From: Lama guanicoe
Lineage: Eukaryota
Length of the DNA: 64,000 bases
Direction: 5' to 3'
Assembly (NCBI GenBank): GCA_013239625.1
Contig: MU054129.1
Coordinates: 189,238 to 253,237, forward strand
How positions within the stretch are numbered: the stretch's first letter is position 1; every line of letters starts with the position of its first letter. The translations under genes were made by a program, and so were the position numbers. The notes below the pieces were generated by a model. It was not told where the DNA came from, ran no database searches, and saw only the letters and a program-made list of their open reading frames with translations. This document shows positions 1 through 12,680 of the stretch, in pieces.

Positions 1-1883
1 TAAGAGTACAGAAAAAAATCAAAATTTTCTTCAATCACAAAAGAGATAAGGTTATTCCCTGAAAATATTTAATGTTGATTTTTCTAAATTAATGGTTCTG
101 GTCAGATTCCTTCAAATTTAAAAGTTCTAGTGGATGGTTACATGGCAATACAAATTCTGAGTTGTAAAAATACATATTCTATGTAAATAATCTTCAAGGT
201 TGTCTGCTTAAGACATTTTAACTAGTCCCTATCTTACTAGAATGACATTAATTTCATGAAAACTTCATACTGCACTAATCAAGTCTATCTGGTCTTCCTC
301 ATAAATTCCTGATGTAGGAAGAGGCTGCCGCCACAAACTGCCTCAGCTTGAAATTAACACTCAAGGTGAAGCAGCGGATACACATATGTATTCATGATGT
401 CACCTCCGTTCACAGGTCTGGGCCCTTTACTGCCTGAACGGGAGTGAAGTCACCAACCGTGGCAGTGAGGGAAGTGCAGCTCTTCCAGGTCTCACCTGGG
501 CTTCACTGTTTCCCCCACAGTCTGTCTTCAATGATTAAAAATCTCTCAAGGTTCTTACACCATGCAAAACTAAATAAAGACACTTCTGCAGACAGAGCCC
601 TTTCTCAGGCTTAAACCTTTTTCACGTACACTCAGCAAGGGGGAAAAAGAAACATGACTCTGCAAAATCTCTAAGCCTCACTGCTCACATGAGTAGAACG
701 GACTCAGCACATGAGGACTCTTCACATTTCAGGGTGACAACAAAACAAAGCCACCTACAACAGCAGGCACTCCCATAGAGAGGGAGCAGAGGACCGGGGG
801 CTTAGAAATCTGGAACCTCCTCCCAGAGACACCAGAGATGACGGCAAGGGATAAACACAGCGGGGGGAACACTGACGGGAGGGACCTCAGGTCAGAATCA
901 AGCCCAGGAAAGGGGGAACAGAGATATCTAGACCTGATCTCCTCTATCACATCTCAGGCTGCCTCTTCCCTCTCCAGTAGCTGAGATCCCACTGAAACCA
1001 CTAGAACGGTCTGAGTAAGAATGATGAACCTATCTTCAAGAACCATCAGATTCATTGGGTACAAAGAGTGCACCCAGGTTCAGACTACGGGGCTTCAGTG
1101 GTTGTTTATAAATGTTCTCTGCACCACTTGTTGGTGGTGGGGGATGGAATAAATCAGGGAAAAGGAAATGTAAGGCATTTCCTCGTCTAATACACATCTA
1201 CTACCAGAGGCCTTCTCCTTGGAGAGAATAATCCATAAAAAAATATAAATAAAACTCATGTATCAAAAATCACCTGGCAGCTCTGTGTCCCACCTGGATC
1301 TCCGGATTCTGTTATTACCTTTGCAAACTGTGCGATATGACAGCTATGTCCTGAACCTTTTAAGGCTATTTCATTCAATTCGGGCCCAAAGGGTCAAAGT
1401 CATTCAGCGATCATTTGCAGGTCATCTCCCGAAAACAATTCTTAGCTGTCTGCAGCTGCTAATGAACATAACCAAATCTAACTTCACTCAGTAAGAGAAA
1501 TTCGTCAACCAGGAAAAAAAGAGCAGCCCCCAGGCCCTGAATCAGCTGTTAAAACTGACATCTCTGGGATTAACATCAGCAAATACACAGGATGAAAAGA
1601 ACCCAGAAGTTTAAAGTTGATCTACCATGAAATGTTATATATCTGTTCCAGAAATCAACCAATGACTGTAATCCATTATTATCATTCAATAAGACTCAAT
1701 AAGATCGATGCATATTCAGTAAAATCAGAAGAAAATGTGTCATGTGTAGGATTCTTGACGCAACGGATTTTATACTTTATTTAAACATTAGTCAAGCTAA
1801 ACTCAGAGGGGACAATAACAAATTACTCCTGCTTGCTGAAGGACTGCCAACGAGCCCAGGACAGAGACACGGGCAGAGCTTAC

Positions 1884-2012
1884 CTGGGCGGTGTCTGCTG
1901 GCTGCCTCGGCAGGAAGTGAGCTGCCCTGGAACCTCTGAGCCCCAGCTTGGCAACCAGTCTTAGCAGGATAGTGACAGATGACAGAGGCCGAACACAGCC
2001 CCTCAGGCTCAG
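1884..2012 (-). pseudogene. TRAPPC9: TRAPPC9-like pseudo-exon (equivalent of human exon 4), 129 nt, frame open, both splice sites intact
   Basis: Minus strand reads ...acgcccag|CT GAG CCT GAG GGG CTG TGT TCG...CAC CGC CCA G|gtaagc, giving [43 protein letters not shown]. Recalled human TRAPPC9: [43 protein letters not shown]. Phase 1/1. Confidence 0.93.
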
Positions 2013-2753
2013 CTGGGCGTTAATATGAAAGTACAATGAACAAAATTACGGCATATCCTCATCTCAGACTGCAGTGACTAAGAATGATTTGGACAGTCAG
2101 ATTACGTGGAAATGCCAATTTTTCCCCCAAAGATCAAACCCACAGATCTCTGGTTTTGTTACAAACAGGAACATGCCACCTTTTCTTCTCTGCACTTCCG
2201 TGTCAAGGCTGGCGACACGGAGGAATCTCACGATGCTCAGGGTTCCACTGAGGGACTGAGCTCACACATGAAACAGGCCATCCAGTCCTTAATTTAAACA
2301 AGAATCTAATGTGTGCTCTGTGGCAGGCTCTGGGCCAGATGCTGCCACTGCAGAGAGATGGATTGAGCAGGAAGGACCCCAAAATGAAAGTGTTTTAAAA
2401 TAATACCACCTGAAGCAGGACCAGAATACCTTTCCACCTCCTTCACCCTAAATTCACCTGCCCCACCTGGAATAAATATCTAACTGGCCCGCCTCCTTCT
2501 CTAAGACAGTTAGTAGCTCAGACTTTTGCTCTCCTCTCACTGGCAGTTCCACCCTGAGAACCTTACACAGCCACACGCCTGACAAGCTGGGCTACAGTCT
2601 TCATCTGTATTCTTTAGCTCTGCGGGCCTCCAAGTTTTTGGTCTTAGATCTCCCTGACACTCTGAAAAATCACTAAGGATCTCAAAGTGTGCTTTTGTTT
2701 GTGTGTGTGCAGGTTACACCTACAGATACTTACCATATTCAAAAGTAAAACTA

Positions 2754-2843
2754 GGAGCGAGGGATATGGCTCAGGGGTAGAGCACATGCTTATCATGCAA
2801 GAGGTCCTGGGTTCAATGCCCAGTACTTCCATTAAAAAAAAAA
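2754..2843 (+). mobile_element. tRNA-derived SINE (camelid Vic-1-like)
   Basis: A-box-like tggctcaggggtagagc, body acatgcttatcatgcaagaggtcct, B-box gggttcaatgccc, then an A-tail. Three related copies occur elsewhere in the window. Confidence 0.85.
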
Positions 2844-2889
2844 TGAAGAAAATTAGAGAAGGATTTAAAACTTTATGTATTCATTCCTA

Positions 2890-3110
2890 TTAAAATAATA
2901 AGCCCATTAAATGTTAAATTTTTATGAAGGATAACCATTTTCCAAAACAAAACGCCAGAAGAGTGGCATCGTTTTACAGTTCTACAAATTTCCTTACTGT
3001 CTGGCTCAACACAAGTGAGCCGGGTCCCCACAAGCACTTCTGTTCTCCATCTGCTGTGGTGTCGCACGTCGTGAAGCCCCTGGGAAGCTCCACTGTACCT
3101 TTCCAATGGA
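2890..3110. mobile_element. hAT-Charlie-type DNA transposon remnant
   Basis: Motifs (ccattttccaaaacaaaa...gaagagtggcatcgttttaca...aaatttccttactgtctggct) are reverse-complement-similar to 38285-38615 and resemble recalled Charlie1 end sequence. Confidence 0.55.
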
Positions 3111-3787
3111 CTGAAGTTGAGAAGCCAAGAACACAGGGCACCTTCTCTGCAGGAAGCTGACAGCCCGTCACCATTATGTGGGTCAGGGTCCAGGGTGGGT
3201 TCTCATCCTGGAGAAGTGTCCAATCTCACAGCTACCCTCCACCCATCAGTCACGAGGATTTACAGTCTTCTCTTTCAATACAATGTACTCAAGCTCCCAT
3301 CATTTCCTTTTCTCATTCAGCTTAATTATTTTTACATGTTTTCTCTTTTCTTTTGCATTGATTTCTTCTCTTTCCCACTTTTATTTCTCTCTACTCTTTA
3401 AGAAGCCAAATTAGGAAATGTAAGTCCATTCAAGAGTCTCTTCTACTTAGTGTGTACTACAGCTCGTTGTTAAACTTCTATCAGAGAATTTTGTTACTTC
3501 ACTCTGACCCGTATTTATCCTAAGTGGCTGGCAGGCCCTCTGAGCTGACAGCTTCTTCCAGGAAAGAGCCTCATTTTAGTCCTTACTCCCAGAGCATTTA
3601 TTAACAAGCATTTAGGGAACATCTGCAACATGCTAGATGATGGAGACACATGGACCGTGCCTCTCGCTCCCACCTCCAGGAGACAGTCCTTGCAGGAGAA
3701 AACCATGTCACAAGCATCTCAAGCACAGAGGGAGACTGACAGACCTCACTGCAGGGCAGGCCCAGGAGAGGCTGTCCTTTGACTGAG

Positions 3788-4375
3788 ATTTTTTTCCCAG
3801 TATTTTATAATTGAGACATAATTCACATATAATAAAACTCACCAACTTAAAGGGGTACGATTCAGCAGCTTTCTCTATATTCACGGTTGTGCAGCCCTTA
3901 CCATCATATATTTCCAGAACACTCCATCACCCCAAAAGAAATCCCCTGTCCATTAGCAGTCACTCCCCATATCCCTGTCCAGCCAGCCCCTAGCAAGCAT
4001 CATCTGCCCTCTGCCTCTGCATGTGCCTATTCTGGACATTTCAGATCACTGAAATCAACAATATGTGGCCTTTTGTGTCTGGCTCATTTTACTTAACATG
4101 CTGTTATTAACGGTCATCCATTTCAAAGTGGTATTAGCATCTTTTTTTTTAAAGGTTACAGTTTATTAGAAGGTGGTAAGTACTATCAAATAAAGAGGAG
4201 TATAAGGGGTGGGGTTTCAAAAGGAAAAGGGCGGGTTGAGTTGTCAGGGTGGACTTCCCAGAGCAGGTGGCCTTTTTCATCTCCCCCCCTTTTTTCCCCT
4301 TTTTTATTCATTCTTATGTCTGGATAATATTCCACTACATGGAGATATTGTATTCTGTTCATCCACTCAGCAGCT
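3788..4375 (-). mobile_element. Old L1 (L1MB-like) 3' end, interrupted by a short polyadenylated insert at about 4142-4306
   Basis: Typical antisense L1M 3'UTR: ttgagacataattcacatat...ccatcaccccaaaagaaatccc...gcctattctggacatttca...ggataatattccactacatgg. Confidence 0.8.
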
Positions 4376-4693
4376 ACATATGGACAAGGTCTGGAAGAAT
4401 GAATATAAGAGGTTCCTAACAAGAATTTCATTTGAAGCAAAGGGCAAGATGTGCTTTAAAAAAACCAACACAGAGAGACACAAGGAAATTCAGCGCGTTT
4501 CTGAGCAAGGGGCATGCTTGCTTCGGCAGGACTACCGCACAGGGCTGGGGCGGATATTGGCAGGAATCACAGTGAGGGAGTCACCTGAGAAGACTCCCCA
4601 CTGCAAGCAGCTCAGCCAATTCTCCTCCCTCATCCTGTATTTTTAGAGCTGTGTTTCAAGGTTTTCTCTTATTTCAAGTAACAGCACTTGAAA

Positions 4694-5103
4694 TGTTACG
4701 GAAATGACAGGCCAGCCAAGAAACAGGCACCACTCGGAGGGTTGGAGTACTCAGATTTATTACGCAGGCGGGCTCAAAGGGGCTTCTGCTCCAAAGCTCT
4801 GAGCACCTCCAAGATGTGTACATGAGGTTTTATAGGGTTAATTACAAGTATGGGGCTATTAGCCAATAAGGCTCAAACAACAAAAAGCAAGGAATCAGTA
4901 CACTGTAGTTTATCAATTTGGAACAGATCATGTTACTGACACTTGTTGAGCTTGGATTTACTAGTTAGCTTGTTAGCCCAGTAAACTGACACTAAACTTC
5001 AGATTTACGAGTTAGTCCAGCAGAACTTAGATCAGTAAACTGACATTTATCACACTTAGATTTATGACTTAGCTTGTTAGCCCAGCTGGGCTTTTCCTTT
5101 ACA
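4694..5103 (-). mobile_element. ERV solo LTR, about 410 bp, inserted 38 bp past the TRAPPC9 exon-3 donor
   Basis: TG...CA ends (tgttac...tttaca), antisense AATAAA (tttatt ~4756) and TATA (tttatag ~4828), U3-type internal direct repeats (ttagcttgttagcccag x2, agtaaactgaca x2). No clean TSD seen. Confidence 0.7.
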
Positions 5104-5141
5104 TAGCTACACATCTGATTATCTGCAACAGATCTCCTTAT

Positions 5142-5272
5142 CTCCAAGCTACAGAAAGTCATTCACTGACCAGAGCAGCTCCAGAACAAATGGTGATGGA
5201 CAAGGGAGTCCTGAAGCATCCCGGCCTGCAGGCACAAACCCCCTCGTGTTTCTGCATGCGCCATGGTGATGT
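5142..5272 (-). pseudogene. TRAPPC9: TRAPPC9-like pseudo-exon (human exon 3 equivalent); frameshifts, stop codon, both splice sites mutated
   Basis: Segments RMQKHEG / [16 protein letters not shown] / LELLWSVNDFL*LG match recalled [48 protein letters not shown]. Acceptor reads ttctgg (AG lost), donor reads GAG|ataagg (GT>AT). Confidence 0.93.
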
Positions 5273-5376
5273 CCAGAAAGTAAAATGCACAGAAATGTCT
5301 CACTGCTGGTGCACGACATCTGCCCCAAAATTGCCCCGAAAGCATGCTGGCAAAGCACTACTCAACCCTCTCACGA

Positions 5377-5377
<1 letters not shown>

Positions 5378-5411
<34 letters not shown>
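5378..5411 (+). repeat. Poly(A) tract, about 34 nt
   Basis: Directly visible homopolymer run. Confidence 0.95.
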
Positions 5412-5412
<1 letters not shown>

Positions 5413-6435
5413 CAAAGAAGGCAAATTTAAACTCTACAATTGAAAGCCAGCAACCATCACTGCTAGTATCTGAGCTGGAATGGCCCTGACTTCGAAAAAC
5501 ACTGCGTAGTTATTTTTCAAATGTGATAGACTTATAAGTATTTCATGTAGATGATATTACAGATGGATTTTTCTTTTCAAAATTTCGAGTCGCAACATTA
5601 GCACAAGAATGTTTATTTTTCAGCTTTAATATCTATCTTCTACTTTCTTAACTTTTAACCTATTATTTTATGAAAAGAGCTATGCTGCATATTATAAACC
5701 AACTGTTTGGATTCTGCAAATAAGATCGTTAAAAATTCACAATTTCAAAGCAAGCTTTAATGATGCTTTGAGAGCTGGGGCCTGGGGCGCTCACTAACAG
5801 CTCTTTAAATACTGAGAAGGATGTGCTATCAAGTAAAGCAAAGGCTCTAATACCGTGTCAACTCTGAAACCAAACATGCTACACCGAAGCCTTACTTTAT
5901 CATTTCAGAATATTGCTATTCTTTTGAATATTAAATTTCTTTAAAGATAAGATATTTTTGAAAAAAAAAACAGCAGCTATATTCGATTTCCTTTCACCAA
6001 GAAAGCAATCTTTATCAAGAATAAAAACCCCTATGGAAATGTAAAAGACGGTGAATTTCTAGCTAAGTGGACGTGCAGATCTCAACACAAACCTAAATCC
6101 TATCAGATCTCACTTGAACGAGCTCAACAAAATCCTGGGCTACCCTGGAGTTTAGCTCTTCTGTTCCAAATGTTGGCTGAGCTAAGACCATCACACAAGG
6201 CAGGGAAGGACAGAAGAGGAAAGTCAGCCTGGCTGTCACTATCTGTTTTCTTCCAGCCACAAGGCGCCGCAAAGGCGGCCGCGCTAACAAGCCCTCCCCA
6301 TAAGGAAATACTACATCCACACTGTCCCTGTTGCCCGCACGCAGCCCTGACGCCCCTCTCCCACTGGTCGCCTCCCAGCCTGTTAGTGGTCTTCTAATGA
6401 CCCTCCCACTCAGTGGCACCCACCCCCTCCTCCCA

Positions 6436-6437
<2 letters not shown>

Positions 6438-6473
<36 letters not shown>

Positions 6474-6491
6474 AAGAGAGCGAGAGCGAGA
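6438..6491 (+). repeat. (CA)n microsatellite followed by a short GA/GAGC repeat
   Basis: About 17 CA units, then gaaagagagcgagagcgaga. Confidence 0.95.
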
Positions 6492-9239
6492 GCAGGGGCA
6501 GCATTCCCAAGAAAAAATGTGATTACATCACCCCTCCACTGAAACACTTCGGAGGTTCGCTGGTACAGTTCTAGTCCCACCCCCACCGCTGCCTCTCATC
6601 GCCCAGCCTCACTTCAGTACCCAGGTCCCCAGTGACCTTAGGGGCCCCCTGACCTGATGCCTAGCTACTTCCCACCTGCCTCCGGGCTCATTCTGATTCT
6701 GTTTCCCAAGAAAACCTTCCCTGCCTCCAATCCCCGCACATTGGTTTAGGTTTCCCTGCTCTGTTCCTAGAACATTCCAAGCTAAATCAACTTCTGACAC
6801 TGCTAAGCTCGCAAGAAGCAAGTACATTTTGCTTACTACTGTCGGTTCACCCCTCTCCCCTCGACACTTAGAAGTTCACGTGTTACGAATAAATGAATGA
6901 AGGGGTGGGTCTCAAAGGGACAGACAGACCTGCTCTCACCGGTTCTGACCCCTTCTTTCTGTAGAACATCAGAAGCAAAACCAGGAGTACCTCTCCTGAG
7001 GGTCACTTCCTGCTGACACCCTTCACTGCCTCCTCCGTGTCAGTTCTAGTAAAAAACAAGCTCCTCCAAAGCCCTCCACCCCATGCCCTCTCCAGTGTCC
7101 TCCCCAGCAGGGGCTCCCTTCACCCTGGACTACACAGGACACTCTCCCCGAGTCCCCACCCACAAGCCTCCAGGCCTCTGTCCAGCTGCTCCTGCCACCT
7201 GAGCCACCCTCTTGACTCCTTCTCCTGGCTGATTCTTACTCTGTCCTCACAACTGAATGTAGAGTCCATTTCCTCTAGGAAGTCCTCTCTGATAATGTCC
7301 TTTTGCTCTTGGCTGGGCTCCCTCTACAGCAGCACTGCATGGTGACCAACTGGGTGTTTGTCCACCTGCTCCTTTGAGATCACGACCTCTTGAAGGCCAC
7401 GTGGGAAGAAGGAGTGAGAGATGATAAAAGGGGTGGGAGAAGCAAAAAGCAAAAATCACAGCCCAAGTCCCAAATTCAAGGAGTCTTTCTCAGAAAAAGA
7501 ATAAAATATTTCATATGTGTGCAATTTGGCTACTATTTTTGTGGCTCGTGGAAAGCCAGAGCTTGGTGTTCTAGTCCAAACACCAAGTTACATGCAAAGA
7601 AATGCATGTATTCATATCCATAGGAAACCAGAGCTGCTTGACAACAGCTTGCAGTTAGAATCCAAAGGAACTTTGATAAAAGTAATTTCTCTCTGTCTCC
7701 TTTTTTTTTTTTTTTGCATCATATAGTTTTAGAAGTATTTGCATGACTAAGTGATGACTACAGCCCTTGATTCTGCACTGGAGCACTTGGGACCAAGGAA
7801 GCCCAGATTACATGCACTGTGTAAATGCAATCACACCAACCCACTGACAGGTGCCCTGGTGGTGGAGCTGAAGTTACAAAGCAGACAACCTTAAATTCGA
7901 GGACAGCTCTAAGGAGAAAGTAAGAAATGCAAAGCTCTGTACTCAATGCCGTATGCTATATGGGCCATTAACTGATAGTGCATCTTGTCTAATGAAACCC
8001 AAAAATGAACTGTCAACTTCGATTTTCTACATCTGATCATTTTATGCTAACATTGGATACCAAATCCTCACTCCATACAGAAATCTCAGGCCTATGCTGC
8101 AGCACAGTTACATCCCGTGGAAGAAAGCCAATTAAGGGAGAACTGGAGAGTTTCCCTTCAGAAGATGCTAAGTCTGGTTTTGCACCTGTACATCATTTGC
8201 AACCACATCATCTTCAAAGGAGTAAGACCTTACCTCTGTGGGGCGTAAAGCACTGCGGTGCTTCCGAACCATCAAAGAACACTGAGCTTTGTGAAACAGT
8301 CTTGAGGCACTTAAATCTCACTTTTTCTGAAAGGCTCCAAAACTCATATACTTCACCATTCCAGGCACAACAGGGAGGTACCGGAATTAGTAGAGAAAAC
8401 ACGCCCTTGAAGTCTGACAAGGTCCTGCTTGAATCCTGCTACAACATTCACTAGCCGCTAAATGGACCAATACCTTAACCCCTCTGAGAAGGCTTCCCAA
8501 TCCGCAAAAGGGGGCTGCCACCGACCACCTGGGAGGGATGGATGTGAATACAACACGCAAGTAGGGCGGCCGACTGGTACCTGACACGGAGCCTGGCTAG
8601 TTTCCCTCCACTGCCCGTCTCCCCCTTTAAACTTGCACTGTTCCCCCGGTAAGTATCAAGTCCCCGGGACAGAATGTCCGATTCTTTTGTGTATCCCCGG
8701 ATACATGCCTTACCCTTAGGAGGCCAGAAAAAGGACTGCCTCCTCCCTAGTCACTATACGTGTTCTTAATAGTTACTTTTTTTTTCTTTAAGTCTACTTG
8801 GCAGGGAGAATATTCCAGAACTGTCCAACCACCATTCTCCAGGTTGGCTCCCCTTCCAACCCCCACCCTCTCTCACCTCAGATCCTCTGTCTGATCGCCT
8901 TTTGAACGTGGAAAGCAGAAAGCGTGTCCGCTGGTTTGGGGGCTCTCCTGGCCTTCCTCCCTCCCTCACAGGTGAGTGTGACTACCTTCTCCCCACTCCC
9001 CACTGCAATTCCAGCTTCTGAGGAGGTGTCCCGCCCAGATCTTGCGGCTTCCGCATCTTCCTGAGATGCACATGTGGCCACGACACTCCCTTCTGATTTC
9101 TTCCTGAGCAGCACCACCCCCCTCCCCGGCCCCTTGAGGATAAATGGCATTGCTCTGAAAATCCCAAACGCTGTTGACTGACACAGGAAAGCAGCATGGT
9201 CTGGGCTATCCTCCAACCTAGGCACAGCCCTGCCCTCCC

Positions 9240-9605
9240 TCAGCCTCAGTCTGTACATCTCGAGATGAGCTCATCCATATGCAAGGCTGTGAACACCAGC
9301 TAAGAATGATGACTCCCTACATGTAACTCTAGTCTGGCTCCTTCACCTGAGCCCCAGGCTCATAGACCGGAATGCCTCTTTGATTTCATAACTCGGATGA
9401 CAAATGGCATCTTAAAATGCCTCATGTCCACCATTTACTCTGGAATTGAACCCCTTGCAGGTAACTCCCGGGATCCCATTTTAGTAACAGACCCATCCCC
9501 CACCTAGGTGTTTGAGGTCATATTCAATTTCCCCTGTTCCCTCCCGCTAGCCCTGCCCTGGAATCGGTCCTGTCATTTCCGTCGCTAAGCCCATCTCAAG
9601 TCTGG
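9240..9605 (+). mobile_element. L2 LINE fragment
   Basis: gatgactccctacatgtaactctagtc...cctgagccccaggctcataga...ggatgacaaatggcatcttaaa...catgtcc resembles the L2 consensus. Confidence 0.55.
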
Positions 9606-11522
9606 TTCTGCAGAGACCGCGGCTGGAACTCTGCAAGCTCACAGCTGGTGCAGTGAGTCACAGTCCTCCGAAGGGTGCTCCCTGGAGGGAGAGGCGTCTC
9701 CTGGCACGGGTCAACTCAGAAGACACTGGATTCTCACAAAGGAGATGGGACTCAATGTTCTCCCGTGGTCTGAACTTCGAAGGGCCTGAGGTCTGGGGGA
9801 GCACCTGGTTAGAAGACACACATGCCAGTGAGCAGGTGAGGATGGAGGTACCCAGGCAAGGCTGTTCTCACCCTGACCCCTGGGCTCTCAGGAGCCACGG
9901 GAAAGGCCTGTGTCCAGGGCACAGCCCGGCCATCACAGGTCACAGCCTGCATTTGCCAACTCGGACAGCCTAGACTTCTACTTGTGACACTTAACTTCTC
10001 TTCTGTTCCCTCCCAGACTGTGATGGACTCTTTCAGAAAGTCTGGCCTGTCTGAAGCGAGACCAAGTCAGTGAAGGATGAAGTGTCCACATTTGGACCAG
10101 AGCATGAAAGGAAAAACAAGGTCTCATGACCAGCATGAAGTTGGTGGCCAAACCCTTCCCCTAGGTGAGATGAACTAGCTTGGGGGTGAAAATGCAAGGT
10201 CCTAGGTCGGTCAAAGCATCTACCTTCACGGCTGACATGGGTGTTGGAGTCTCACTACCGCAAACTAACGACACGGCCATCAGTGGTGGACGTCAGCTGC
10301 AACAGACACAGAGTCAGCTATTTACTGCCAAAATGAGTTAAAAGTAAAGACCAGTGCAGGGAGGCCTGCACGGCTGCTGAGGCAAACCACAGACCCGGCT
10401 CTGAATGCCCACTGGCTGAAGCAGAGAGGTAGCCACGGTCCCCTTTAGTGGTCCCTGTGTCCACCAGATCCAGGTGAGCCAGCTACTTAGGAGAAGGCCA
10501 TGTTGTCCTGATACTCAGAAAAACCAGCCTCATAAAGGGAGTAAAAGAGTGGCATGGATTTTAGACCCGCTTCTGCCCCTTTACAAGGACAAAGTAAAGT
10601 AAATGGCATGGGGAAGGCAAAAGCAAAAGAAAACCCGGTGACTGCTTCCTCCAACAGCGTCCCCTGCGGCTGCTCACCCCCGAGCCGGCCACTTCCTCAC
10701 AGTGACCGCCGGCCAGGCAGCGCAGTCACGCACGTCACACAACGACAGCCAGGAACCGCGTGCCAAGCACGTTTGTGTAAAAGCCAGAATCAAGCAAGGT
10801 GCTGCAGATTTTGACTTTCCAAGTTTAAATACTCCATGAAAAAAATCCCTCAGCAGCCGCCTAAATCAATTCGCATCTCACCTCCTCAAAACAAATAAAA
10901 CTAATAAGGGCTCATTTGTCACCAAATATAAGGAAGACCAAACATGTTTCTCAAAGCAAGGATTCTACTAGGTATCAAACACCAGTAGGTGACATGCAAA
11001 CAAAGCAAAAACTCTAAAAAATCACAAAATAAAAACATGACTGAGATAATACATGAATCAATGCAACCATTAAGTTTTTGCTTTTTAAAGCAATGGAGGC
11101 AGCAAGGAGAGCAATCTCGCTATTTCCAATGCAGGGTGTGCACAGACCACATATTCAGACCCAATAACATGCTCACAGGGAGGTCCGAGAGAAAATGGAA
11201 CAAAGAGAAAGAAAAAGAGGAACAAGCAAAAATTAGAAACCCACAGTGCTCCTAGCATCAGTGGCTGTGGCTACTCTATTGGACAGCAACTCCAGGGGTC
11301 CCACCATGGTCCTGGCTGAAAAGGGAGAGTAAGTGTCCACACTAACCCTAAAAGGATCTCTCTGAAACAAAGGCGGATTCACTTTTAAACGTCTGAAAAC
11401 TGGTGGGCTGCACCTCCGTCCTCCCTTGGCTACAAGACAGCCCTCCTCCTTGCCAATCCCTTTCTGGATGTAGGGAAGCAACCCGGCACAGTCAGGGCAG
11501 CTGGGCCTCCAGGTAGGCTTAT

Positions 11523-12091
11523 CTGCTGTCTGTGTCCAGTCCCACCAAGTCCTCCTTCTCAAATGGGATGCAGGGGAGGGGGATCTTGTCCCTAGAATTG
11601 TCGGGGGCCCCATCCAGACTCTTGGACACGAGCAAGATGAAGAGTGACTTGATGATGTCCTAGACCCTCTTCTCCACCACTCTGCAGTCCTTGTAGGTTG
11701 AAGGCCACATCAGTGGATGGCTGCTTGACCACCTCCCCATGCAGCCCAAAGACAAAGAGCTGAGGGTCGTAGAGCGTGGTGCCATACACTTCTGCACGTG
11801 GAGCTTCTAGAAGGTCTTGGCCAAGAGGCAGTTGGTAATGGTGACAAGGCCCACGACCTTGCGGTGGGTCTGGAAGTCGCTCCACCCATTCTTGGGCCCG
11901 TAGTGGTGCCTGTAGTGGATACAGAGTGTCCTCTGGGAGCTGCACGGGCTGATCTGGCTCACCAAGGAGATTCGCTTATAGATGCAAAAGAAATTCTCCT
12001 CTGAGATGATCCCCTCGGCTTGGACCACCACGGGGAGATTATGGTTGTCCTCAGCACACTGCACATAGTAGGGATGCTCATGTTGCAGGCC
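11523..12091 (-). pseudogene. TRAPPC9: TRAPPC9-like pseudo-exon (human exon 2, first coding exon); ATG at 12081, several frameshifts, stops at 11807-11809 and 11660-11662, donor mutated
   Basis: Polypyrimidine tract + cag|ggcctgcaacATG. Pieces MSIP / [92 protein letters not shown] / [30 protein letters not shown] / [57 protein letters not shown] match the TRAPPC9 N-terminus ([21 protein letters not shown]...GLDTDSR). Homology stops at the exon boundary, donor CAG|ataagc. Confidence 0.97.
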
Positions 12092-12522
12092 CTGCCGAGA
12101 GGGGAGAGGAGACTGAGGTACACACTCTGCTGTGGGCTGCAGGCCCTTCTGGGATGCAGTGACCTGCTGTGTAGCAGCTGTAAGGCAGGGAAGCTCAAGC
12201 AAAGCCAGGGGTACAGTTTGTCCTCAGCGTCTGCACAAGGTTACCATAGCTCGGATCACATTACCCACCTTTTGGTCTAGGCTTCCTGCCCCTGCAGAAA
12301 AGGGTCATTTCTTGTTTTCAGTTTCCAACACCTAGCCAGGCCCTGATGCAAAGTCAATGCTCAAAAATGCTGAATACAGCAATGAACAAAGGAACTGCTT
12401 TCCCCACTCCCCTTCAGCAGAAGATAAAGAAAAGAACCATAGTGGGATCAAAAGATCTGGATTTCAAATCCAATTTACTGGAACTCCTAAGCTGCAGAAT
12501 AATGGATAAGAAAACTTTCCTT

Positions 12523-12680
12523 GGTGAGGAGGGTGAAGTTCTGCGGCAGAGCTCATGCTTAGCATGTATGAGGTCCTGGGTTCAATCTCCAGTACCTCCA
12601 TTAAAAAAAATTTAAACAAATAAATTAACCTAATTACCCCACATCAAATATTAATTTTTAATTCAAAATTCAAAAAAAAG
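12523..12680 (+). mobile_element. tRNA-derived SINE (camelid Vic-1-like)
   Basis: catgcttagcatgtatgaggtcctgggttcaatctccagtacctccatt followed by an A-rich tail containing aacctaattacccc. Confidence 0.8.

Noticed and set aside
2754..2843. tRNA gene
   Set aside because: It has A/B boxes but also an A-tail and three diverged dispersed copies, so it is a tRNA-derived SINE.
11523..12091. Functional TRAPPC9 gene or processed retrocopy
   Set aside because: Multiple stops, frameshifts and lost donors exclude function. Exons are separated by introns and homology ends at splice sites, which excludes a retrocopy.
12265..12292. Minus-strand ttttctgcag|gggcaggaag... resembling the start of TRAPPC9 exon 5
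   Set aside because: Similarity is only about 10 nt and the position, upstream of exon 2, is wrong.
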